Shown piece by piece: positions 53,666 to 64,000 of a DNA stretch of 64,000 bases (positions are counted from its first letter, which is position 1; every line of letters begins with the position of its first letter). The DNA is from Eledone cirrhosa. Taxonomy: Eukaryota. The position numbers were made by a program, and so were the translations under genes. Under the pieces are notes generated by a model that had not been told where the DNA came from, searched no databases, and worked only from the letters and a program-made list of their open reading frames with translations. The stretch covers positions 15,751 to 79,750 of the forward strand of contig CAXHJY010001195.1 in the NCBI GenBank assembly GCA_964016885.1, in the 5' to 3' direction.

Positions 53666-53667
<2 letters not shown>
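53470..53667. repeat. (TA)n-flanked fold-back element: ~80-bp leader plus hairpin with 55-bp arms
   Basis: 53549-53603 matches the reverse complement of 53613-53667 at 52/55, with a 9-nt loop. Confidence 0.9.
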
Positions 53668-53702
<35 letters not shown>

Positions 53703-53772
53703 GTATGTATGTATATATATATATTTATATTTTATATACATATGTATGAGACATCAAGTGATTACTAATTCA

Positions 53773-53815
<43 letters not shown>

Positions 53816-54217
53816 ATGGAGATGATGGAGACAGTAGTGGTAAGTAAAAAATAAAAAAAATAAAAATATGATTATGTGATATTCATGGCTTTCTCCAAAG
53901 AAAAACATTGGTAATATGTAATATGTAATACAATAAGTGAGATGAACCGAGGTAAAAAGGGAAAGAGTTCTGCCATAGTTCCATAGACAGGAATACAAAT
54001 CACTCTTAACATATTTGCGATCAAACTATATTAGAAGCAATTTAACAAAAGATAGATAAGTTCACATTAACAATACAATGAGAGAAGCAAAGATTATTTA
54101 TCCTGAAGATGTCTGGCAGTGAAATGATTTACCATGTGACCTGTTTTTATTTGTCTGCTCTGTTAAATCAGTGTTGTTTGGAAGCTTGCAATATATATAT
54201 ATGTATACATATATATG

Positions 54218-54251
<34 letters not shown>

Positions 54252-54280
54252 CACACACATATATATAAATATATACATAT

Positions 54281-54336
<56 letters not shown>

Positions 54337-54364
54337 GTATATATAGATATATATGCGTATACAC

Positions 54365-54438
<74 letters not shown>

Positions 54439-55420
54439 TTGTATATATATATATATAAATAAATAATAATTGTAACAACAACAACAACAATAACGATAAT
54501 GATAATAATAATAATGAAAATAATAATAAAGAATAAATAAAGAAAGATAAAAGGTAAAAAAGAAAACAAGATCAAGGGTAAAACTAACAAACAAAAAAAT
54601 CAAACCAAAAAAAAAATAATATAAATGGTAAAAAAAACAACGAAAAAAAAATGGTAAACTGTGAAAGATGTTATTTGGCATGAAGCCAAACATAAAAGTA
54701 AGTTCAGGAAGTTATTACATGCATCTCAAAACACATAGACTAAAGCCACATCACTACTACAGAGGAGGACCTGAGTAGCTTCCTTACATAAGTTTGGTAA
54801 ATATATATATATATATACACATATGTGTGTGTGTGTGTGTGTATAAATATGTGTGTATAGTGTGTATATATATAAATATATATTTACATATGTGTATATA
54901 CATGCACACATTACGATACGTAGATAAAAAATATCAATACACCTTTCCTTCTTTCTCTCAATTATAAATGTGTGTGTGCGTGTATATATATGTGTGTGTA
55001 TATATATATATATATTTAGAGAGAGAGAGAGACGGGGGGGGGGGGGTTGAAATATATACATATGCGAATACATAAATATGCACATATCGACACACACATA
55101 TATGTATGTGTCTGTCTGTGTATATTTAATCAAACATCATTTTACGCCTGTTTTCCATAACACCAAGAACTATGTCTCATAATCTGAGTTACAACCTCCT
55201 GAGATATACTAAGGTGGTTAGAGGGACACATAACTAACCTTGACATTCTAATTTTCTGGTATGGTTTCTGCAATTGACTGCCCTTTCTTCACACTAACCA
55301 TTTTACAGAGTGTCTTCGGTGTATTTTACAAGGACACCAACATTAGAGTGACTGCCTTACTTCCTAAATGGTAAACAGTCATGTCCACTCTATATTGTCT
55401 TCATACGTTTATGATGACCA

Positions 55421-55455
<35 letters not shown>

Positions 55456-55467
55456 TGTGTGTGTATT

Positions 55468-55804
55468 AAAGACCTCCTTTGGTCATGAATGACCATGGGA
55501 TTTGTACCTAGAAAGCTCGCCTCTGAGGCGCAAGTCTTTGCAACATTGTTTGTGGAAGACCAACAGTTGCCCATGCATACCAGCCTTCACCTCTCCATGC
55601 TACCGATGTTGTCCAAGGGAATTGATAAGGCCAATACAGCTTGGCACCAGTGATCTCATAACTCATTTCTACAGCTGAGTGAACTGGAGCAACGTGAAAT
55701 AAAATATTTTGCTCAAGGACACAACACATCACCCGGTTTGAGAATCGAACTCATAAACTCACAATTGCAAGCCCAATGCTTTAACCATTAAGTTATATGC
55801 CTTC

Positions 55805-55805
<1 letters not shown>
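55468..55805 (-). mobile_element. Full-length CORE-like tRNA-derived SINE
   Basis: Minus strand: tRNA head (B box gagttcgattctc), gtgtccttgagcaa..ttcacgttgctccagttcactcagctg core, tail ..catggtcattcatgaccaaaggaggtcttt. Confidence 0.8.
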
Positions 55806-55862
<57 letters not shown>

Positions 55863-55965
55863 AGAAATGTCAGCTATCGCCGTATTTTGACTAAAGAAAT
55901 TAAAGAAATTATTTAGCCTGAAAGTGGGGTTAAGAACCCCCGGAGAAATGGAAAAAGATGAGTAT

Positions 55966-56036
55966 TGACGTACATGGGAGTCGAACCCACATCTTTGGTT
56001 ATCAGACCACTGTGCTACCATTTACACCAACACATC
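55966..56036 (-). tRNA. tRNA-like unit (mirror copy; 6-nt anticodon loop, probably non-functional)
   Basis: Reverse complement of 56056-56127 with loop ctgata. Confidence 0.45.
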
Positions 56037-56055
56037 ATGCCTGTGTGAGATGCAT

Positions 56056-56127
56056 GATGTGTTGGTGTAAATGGTAGCACAGTGGTCCGGATAACCAAAG
56101 ATGTGGGTTCGACTCCCATGTACGTCA
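56056..56127 (+). tRNA. tRNA-like cloverleaf (pseudo-tRNA or SINE head), isotype not assignable
   Basis: Acceptor gatgtgt/gtacgtc (wobbles), D arm gtgt-aaatggta-gcac (A box), tggt-ccggata-acca, T arm gtggg-ttcgact-cccat (B box), TTTTT at 56137-41. Confidence 0.55.
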
Positions 56128-56289
56128 ATACTCATCTTTTTCCATTTCCCCGAGGGTTCTTAACCCCACTTTCAGGCTAAATAATTTCTTTAATTTCTTT
56201 AGTCAAAATACGGCGATAGCTGACATTTCTAATAATTCAAATCAACTCGCTGTTTCGAAAATATTCTTATTTGACATATATATATATCA

Positions 56290-56476
56290 GATAGGGTGTG
56301 GTAAAAACCAGCTCAGCCATAACCCACCAAAGTACTCAATACTTGGGGTAGTAGAGTGGGTAATATGAAAAGATTCAGGACCCTGATAGCTGAGCTCCGC
56401 TTTTTCGACAGCTAGATCCGAACTAGGATCTAGCTGTCGAATGAGGTCAGCCGTCAGGGTGCTGAATCTTTTCACA
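56290..56476. repeat. Divergent member of the fold-back family (leader plus hairpin 56366-56474)
   Basis: Same leader (ccataac..aagtactcaatactt.gggtagtagagtgggtaat); hairpin ..ttcgacagctagatcc-gaacta-ggatctagctgtcgaa.. Confidence 0.85.
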
Positions 56477-56531
56477 TATATATATACATGCACACACGCA
56501 AATAAATATATATGGGTGTGTGGATGGACAC

Positions 56532-56584
<53 letters not shown>

Positions 56585-56585
<1 letters not shown>

Positions 56586-57127
56586 TAAGGACGGGTTGGA
56601 AGAAGTTTAGGGAGCTCCTTCCTCTGTTGACAAAGAAGGGTTTCTCCCTGCGTATGAAAGGACAGTTACATGATGCCTGTGTGAGATGCGCGATGCTGCA
56701 TGACAGTGAGATATGGGCAGCAACTGCAGAAGATATGCAACAGCTGGAGAGAAATGAAGCAAGTATGCTTCATTGGATGTGCAATGCCAATGTGCGTGAA
56801 CGACCAAGCATGGGTGAGTTGAGAAACTGGGTATAAGAGGAATAAGTTGTGGTGTGCAGGAGAGAAGGCTGAGATGTTATGGACATGTGATGCACATGGA
56901 GGATGACCGCTGGGTAAAGAAGTGCCAAGAAATCCCAGTAGAAGGAAGACGCAGTAGAGGAAGACCACATAAAACATGGGCGGAGGTGGTGAGAGCAGAC
57001 CTCAGATCGCTGAAACTCACGGAGGAGATGACGAAGGACCGTGACAAGTGGAGAGATGCTGTGCTGAATAGGACCCGTCCAACCCTTGCAAGCAGGGAAA
57101 AGCGGACGTATGATGATGATGATGATG

Positions 57128-57129
<2 letters not shown>
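56585..57129 (+). mobile_element. RTE LINE 3' fragment (short-tail subfamily), frameshifted
   Basis: RTGWKKFRELLPLL..LERNEASMLHWMC; QERRLRCYGHVM..GRPHKTW..DRDKWR, immediately followed by the ..gcggacgta(tga)n tail. Confidence 0.92.
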
Positions 57130-57158
<29 letters not shown>

Positions 57159-58507
57159 TATATCCATGATTGCTTCTATAGAAAGGCTTCCTGCTTTGGT
57201 TGTTGTTCATAAAAATTACAGTAAGTTCCTGTGTGAACTCACAACATGGCCAGAGAGCCACAGAGAGAGAGATAGAGGGGGGGGGGGAGAGAGAGAGGGA
57301 GAGAGTAAGACTATTTATCTGTCTGCCTATCTACAGAGAGTACGAAAGATGGAAGTAATAACAAGTTTTAGTTGAATAAAAAGGAATGACACAAAGATAG
57401 GATTGCATATGGAGGTGGAGCGGTGGGGAGGGATAGAGCGAGTGAGAGGAGAGAGAGAGAGTGAGAGGAGGGGTAGAGAGGATGAGGCAGGAGGAGGACT
57501 GTTGTATATGTTAGAGATTGTTTGATTGTTTGATTGTTTGATCTAAATAAATCGTTCCAGGAAAGAAAGAAAATATATATAGAGATAGTCCTGCTGTTGT
57601 TAGTGAGTGTAAATAGTGTATGTAGAGGGGGGAGGACAGTTAACAATACTGAAAAGATGACTGGCTAGTATAGATGGATAAGAAGAAATGTGAAGGGATG
57701 GGATGGGATGGAGGGATAGAGGGTTGGATGGATAGCTTGAAGAGATCCCTGAACTGGGTGAATTGCCCTCTGGCAGTTTTCCCCTTCTTTATATGGCTAT
57801 ATAGATAGAGATGATTGCTGAAAACCATGTCACATAAGGAAGACAATAGGTCATACAGGGAAGCAATGCATGTGTGTGTATATATATATATATATATACA
57901 CACAATGATATTTTATGTCCCTCTTTTCATATATATACATACACATATATATATACTATATATACGCATATATATATATATGTATGTTATGATAGTTTAT
58001 GTCCATTTTTTCCCAATATATATATATATACATATAAAGAGAGGAAATATATGAAAAAAAATCAAGACAACTTGCCTGGAAGAAGAAGAAGAAGAAGAAG
58101 AAGAAGAAGAAGAAGAAGAAGAAGAAGAAGAAGAAGAAGAAGAAGAAAAAGAGAAAAAGAAGAAGAAGAAGAAAAAGAAGAATGGAAAAGGAAGAGAAAG
58201 AAAACTGCCTGCAGGGCAAGTGATTAACTGCAATAAAGAAGAACCAATTCTACCAAAGATTACCATTTGCTCTTTTTCTCTGTGGACATTGGACATTGGT
58301 AATGCCAACCATCAACTTACCAAAGCTGCTCTTTTAACACTGTTCTTCTAGATTATAATTACCAAAATTCCTGATAGCTTCATTTTCTCTGTTCATCCCT
58401 TTTTCTTTTCCACTCCCTTTTTTTTTCTTATCTTTTTATCAATCTTCTTATTTATTATTATTATTGTTTTTCTCGCCTTAGATTGTTCGTTTATTCACAG
58501 GTGTGTG

Positions 58508-58538
<31 letters not shown>

Positions 58539-59019
58539 GCATATATATATACATATATATATACACCACATATATATAGACAAATATATATACATATATA
58601 TATATACACACATATATATATATGTGTGTGAATAAATATATATATGGTTCCAGAAAAAAATTGATTGGTCCCTCAAATATTAGGAAAAAGACTGTTGTTG
58701 AGTAATAATAATAACAAACAAAATTATCGTCAGTACCACCTGAGATTGCAGTACTTATTTAATGTGACACAGCCCCCCCCCCCCCCCCATTAAAAGATCA
58801 ATAAGAAGGGTTCAATAAAGCAATAAAAGATTACAGGAATTCACTCCATTGAAATGAGAAGACAGAAAACTTAATGATGAAGATAGTGGTGGTGGTGGTG
58901 GTGGTGGTGACAATGGTCAATGGTGGTGGTGGTAGTGACTGATAATGGTGGTGGTGGTGGTGGCAGTGGTGGAGGTGACATTGGCTGATGATATTAGTGG
59001 TGGTGGGGGGTGGCAGTGG

Positions 59020-59842
59020 TAGAGATGTCAGTGATGGTGGTAGTGGTAGTAGTGATGACAGTGGTGGTGGTAGTGGTAGTAGTGATGTCAGTGGTGGTGG
59101 TGGTAGTGGTAGTAGTGATGTCAGTGGTGGTGATAGTGGTAGTAGTGATGACAGTGGTGGTAGTGGTAGTAGTGATGACAGTGGTGGTAGTGGTAGTAGT
59201 GATAACAGTGGTGGTGGTAGTGGTAGTGGTGATGTCAGTGGTGGTGGTAATGGTGATGTCAGTGATGGTGGTAGTGGCAGTAGTGATGACAGTGGTGGTG
59301 GTGGTAGTAGTGATGTCAGTGGTGGTGGTGGTGATGACAGTGGTGGTGGTGGTGGTGGTGGTAGTAGTGATGTCAGTGATGGTGGTAGTGGTAGTAGTGA
59401 TGACAGTGGTGGTAGTGGTAGTAGTGATAACAGTGGTGGTGGTAGTGGTAGTGGTGATGTCAGTGGTGGTGGTGGTAGTAGTGATGTCAGTGATGGTGGT
59501 AGTGGTAGTAGTGATGACAGTGGTGGTGGTGGTAGTAGTGATGTCAGTGGTGGTGGTGGTGATGACAGTGGTGGTGGTGGTGGTGGTGGTAGTAGTGATG
59601 TCAGTGATGGTGGTAGTGGTAGTAGTGATGACAGTGGTGGTAGCGGTAGTAGTGATAACAGTGGTGGTGGTAGTGGTAGTGGTGATGTCAGTGGTGGTGG
59701 TGGTAGTAGTGATGTCAGTGATGGTGGTAGTGGTAGTAGTGATGACAGTGGTGGTGGTGGTAGTAGTGATGTCAGTGGTGGTGGTGGTGATGACAGTGGT
59801 GGTGGTGGTGGTGGTGGTAGTAGTGATGTCAGTGATGGTGGC
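59020..59842. repeat. (GGT/AGT/GAT)n compound repeat with a 225-228-bp higher-order unit (~3 copies)
   Basis: The marker gataacagt occurs at 59201, 59426 and 59654. Confidence 0.9.
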
Positions 59843-60660
59843 GGTTACAGAGTCGCCAATGCCAAATATAATTTCCAGTTTTCATTATTCAAAAATTGGA
59901 CCAATAATGTGTAAACTGGTGAATATATACATCACAGGAATGCAGGTGTGTGCAGGTGTGTGCAGGTGTGTGCAGGTGTGTGTGAGGGGGGGGGGGGGGG
60001 GGGGATAAAGATATAAGCAATGTCAACTAAAGTGTGCAGGTTACCTGTCAATCTATCTATTTATCTCTCTAAATATATAAATATACATATACACATATAT
60101 ACACAGACACACACACATATATAAAAACACACATATACACACAAACACACATATATATCGATACATACACACACACACACACACACACATACACACACAC
60201 ATACACATACATGCATGCATACATACAAAGACATCCCCTTCCACACTCCCCACACACAGACTCACACACACACATGGACAGCAGTTATGAGAAAGTTGTA
60301 CAACTTTGAAGAAAGAACACAATTATAGCTTATTGGGGACCAGACCAATGTCTTACATCAACATTATGTATTTTGAAGATGGTAACGAACTAGTCATTAT
60401 TATAAATTGCTGTTGTACTACACTTATCACTCACTGTAAGGGCTTGAAATGTTTAGCCTTGTTTAACTTATATTGCTTTGAGGTTGTTCAATAAAATACA
60501 AAGAAAGTTGTTAAAAGTTGGCATAGAATCACAGAAGGTAGAATATCGGGAGACGAGAAATATTCAGTTAGTTGGATACACAGTCTGGTTTCAATCCTTG
60601 ATTGAAGCTATTTCACTTCAAAAATACCATTAGATATCTTTGGGAGAAGCATTGACCACC

Positions 60661-60723
<63 letters not shown>

Positions 60724-61299
60724 CCCATGAAGCTGTTCTTGCTCAAGGATACAAAATTATATTAATATATATATTTATTGTCAAGTGTTTGTATTTTATA
60801 TTTATCTAAACATTTTCTATCATAATTTTGTGTAATAACTTTTGTCAGGTGAATGACAAAGAAATGAGAAAAACTCATACACAAGAAGAAGAAGAAGAAG
60901 AAGAAGAAGAAGAAGAAGAAGAAGAAGAAGAAGAAGAAGAAGAAGAACCAACAAGGAAAGAAAACGAAAGACAATACATAAGAATTAATTTGTGAATAAT
61001 TATAAATAGAATATTTGTGGGGTTCTGGTGGAAAGATCTTTTTTGTTAAAAAATATATGTAAAGAAACCGTACAAGGCAATATACATATATATATATGTA
61101 AAATAAACATACATACATATATATATAATATATATGATAATATATATTATATAAATATGTAAGTTACTTACAACAGCATATATAATATACAAGACATATG
61201 CAATAAGATTTTGTGTTTATCTGTTAGACACACAGTGACTAACAACAGAATGTTTTAAGTCTACATGTCTGACATATATGCATAGCTTGTGAATAAAAA

Positions 61300-61562
61300 A
61301 TTCAAGGGGTGTCGCTGGCCGTGGTGATCCCTGCCAAACCTGTTTTGTAATGTATCGTCTTATTGGCTAATCAACCAATGAGAGTAATTGTTGCTCAAAA
61401 GCATCCGCCACTTAGTTTGCACATTTATTTATCGTTTCGCTTTCGAATCTTCCTCCTATATTGCGTCGTTTTATCATCAAAATATTTTTCTCATTTTGGT
61501 AAGTTATATTGTTAATTTATATATGATTTTTTAAATTTATTATTAACTATTTTTTTTTTCAG
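61300..61562 (+). promoter_or_regulatory. Candidate Pol II promoter, short first exon and 64-nt intron
   Basis: Locally CpG-rich; ATTGG 61362-66 and CCAAT 61375-79; Inr-like TTAGTT 61412-17; donor G|GTAAGT at 61498/99; ttaac plus a long T run and CAG acceptor ending 61562. Confidence 0.45.
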
Positions 61563-62553
61563 TTCGTTATAACATGCTTATAATTATTGGTTGTATCATA
61601 TTTACTTGTATATTTGTCCATATTATTGTTCGTTTTATGTTAGATTATTTTATTATTATTATGGTTAGACTATTTGTATGTAATATTTAATTTTTATTAA
61701 TTCAACTATAACAATTATTATGTAAAATATATTTATTTAATATTGATTGTTTTTATATAGTTGTTTATATTAAAAGTCTGAAAATATTTTTATACATCTT
61801 ACAATAATAATTATAAGATCATTTATAAAATAACGATTATATAATCTAATTACATTACAACAATAATTTATTATTAATATATATCATGTTTAACTGCCTT
61901 AAAAAAAATTAAACTAGACCAGAGTACAAAATAGAGACTGGATCACAAAGAAGAAACACATATATATATTTGGATTACAAGATGTGATTTTCAACTAATC
62001 TAGTCAGCGATAATGTTGACCAATCCAGGCCAGCATGGAAAACAAGTATAGAATGAGGATGATGTACTATATATACAAATATGTATATACCTATATATAT
62101 ATATATATTATATATATATATATATACAAATATATTAACGATATATTACCCAACCCTACACACAACAAATATCCCATATATATGTATATTATATAAATAA
62201 TTTATATGAGTAAGTGTGTGTATATATTTATATATATATATATATATAAAAATATGCAATATACATATTGCTGTTTTTTGAAAGGTTTTGTTTTGCTTCC
62301 AAAACCAAACTCCCCTCTCTTTAGACAATTCCTTGAATAAATTGAATCGGAATAATCAATATCCCCTATCTGTGCCATAACCCACCCCCTCCTCACTCTC
62401 TTTATTTATACACGTATATATATACACACACACACACAACAAACACGTATATATACGTACATATAGATATAGATATTTATATATATATATATAGCGAGAG
62501 CTAGTACTAACACTTTGTACTGCACTCTTCGTTATTGTTTTTGTTTTAACTTC

Positions 62554-62608
<55 letters not shown>

Positions 62609-62828
62609 CATATATACACACATATATTATATATATATACATATATATACATATATATATATATATACACACGTATATATATATATATATATATACATAT
62701 ATATTTAGCACACACATATATATATATTATATATATATACATACATATATATATATGTATATACATATATATACATTTATATATATACATATATATAAAT
62801 ATATATCCATACATATATATATATATGC

Positions 62829-62860
<32 letters not shown>

Positions 62861-62946
62861 TAATATATATAGATATATACAGTTCCCGTCCCACCCTTGC
62901 AAGCAGGGAAAAGCAGACGTAAAATGATGATAATGAATGATGATAA

Positions 62947-63016
<70 letters not shown>

Positions 63017-63359
63017 ATATATGTGCATACATGTATATATATACATATATATGTATATATATATATATATATATATACATACAAACACACACACATACAA
63101 ATGTACATTTATATGTATTTTCTGCATCCTACAGGTGAATTACCAATAATAATTTCTAAACATTCATGGCAGTGCTAACAGAAATAATCACTAACAATTT
63201 ATTTATTTATTCATTCATTTTTCTTGTTGTGTTTCGGAGTAGGGGTGGGGGGGGGGGGGATAGAGAGAAAGAATGAAAGAATGAGCAACACAGAAGGAAA
63301 CAGATAAAATAGGAAGAAAATTATCACCCTTGCCAAAATAACAAATATATATATATGTT

Positions 63360-63422
<63 letters not shown>

Positions 63423-63496
63423 ACATATTAAATATAGACTTATATATGTATATATATACATGTATACATACATACATATGTATATACATATGTATG

Positions 63497-63537
<41 letters not shown>

Positions 63538-63689
63538 GAAGAAAGAAAGCAATTTAAGAATGGAATAAAAAAAAAAAGACTTAAAGAATGGCGAAAAATA
63601 AAGATGAAAAATAAAATATAAAAAAATACCCAAGTTTGCTGAAGAGAGACATTGTGTTAATGTTTATTTATAAAGAATAACTAACATGT

Positions 63690-63722
<33 letters not shown>

Positions 63723-64000
63723 AAGAAGAAGAAAAGGAAGAAGAAGAAAAAAGAAAAAGAGGAAAAAGAAATCCAAAAGAAAAAAAATCATGACATCCCC
63801 ACCCCCAACAAATAACCTAAAATAAATTTTGAGAAAAATAAATATAAAAATATGTAAAAAAAGCATCCGTCCCTTCCTCCAACCCCTTCTGAACCCCACC
63901 TCCCACCTCATAAAAAAAACCTAAAGCATAGCAGCTGAAAAGGAGGGAGAGGGCAGGAGGTGCAGAATTTTGAGAAATACAAAAAACAAGAAAAACTATA

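Larger units (their letters stand above)
55857..56236. repeat. Near-perfect 380-bp palindrome (184/185-bp arms, 11-nt loop)
   Basis: 55857-56040 matches the reverse complement of 56052-56236 with about 4 differences. Confidence 0.95.

Noticed and set aside
55992-56003. tctttggttatc, identical to the 5' end of miR-9
   Set aside because: The match ends after 12 nt and lies in the antisense of the tRNA-like unit; coincidental.

Overview
Eukaryotic, AT-rich, microsatellite-saturated genomic DNA. The repeat repertoire (tRNA-derived SINEs with CORE-like and other conserved cores, RTE LINEs with (GAT)n tails) suggests an octopus or other coleoid cephalopod; this is inference. I can recognise no host protein-coding exon. 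Almost all supplied ORFs are translations of (TA)n, (CA)n, (GGT)n, (CAA)n or (GA)n repeats. The real coding traces are decayed retroelements: several RTE subfamilies (one with a C4HC3 PHD-like finger inside the RT), L1/Tx1-like 3' ends, a Penelope-like RT, and CRE-like and R4/Dong-like C-termini. Also present are a non-autonomous Helitron and MITEs of Tc1/mariner, hAT and piggyBac type. The most interesting signals are non-coding. There are at least three minimal type I hammerhead ribozyme motifs (1038-1105 +, 20135-20193 -, 52901-52960 +) next to (TA)n tracts. There is a ~380-bp near-perfect palindrome made of two head-to-head tRNA-like units (55857-56236), plus a family of fold-back elements lodged in (TA)n. 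A SINE shares its 3' tail with the Tx1-like LINE, and a candidate Pol II promoter with a short first exon and a 64-nt intron lies at ~61.3-61.7 kb.
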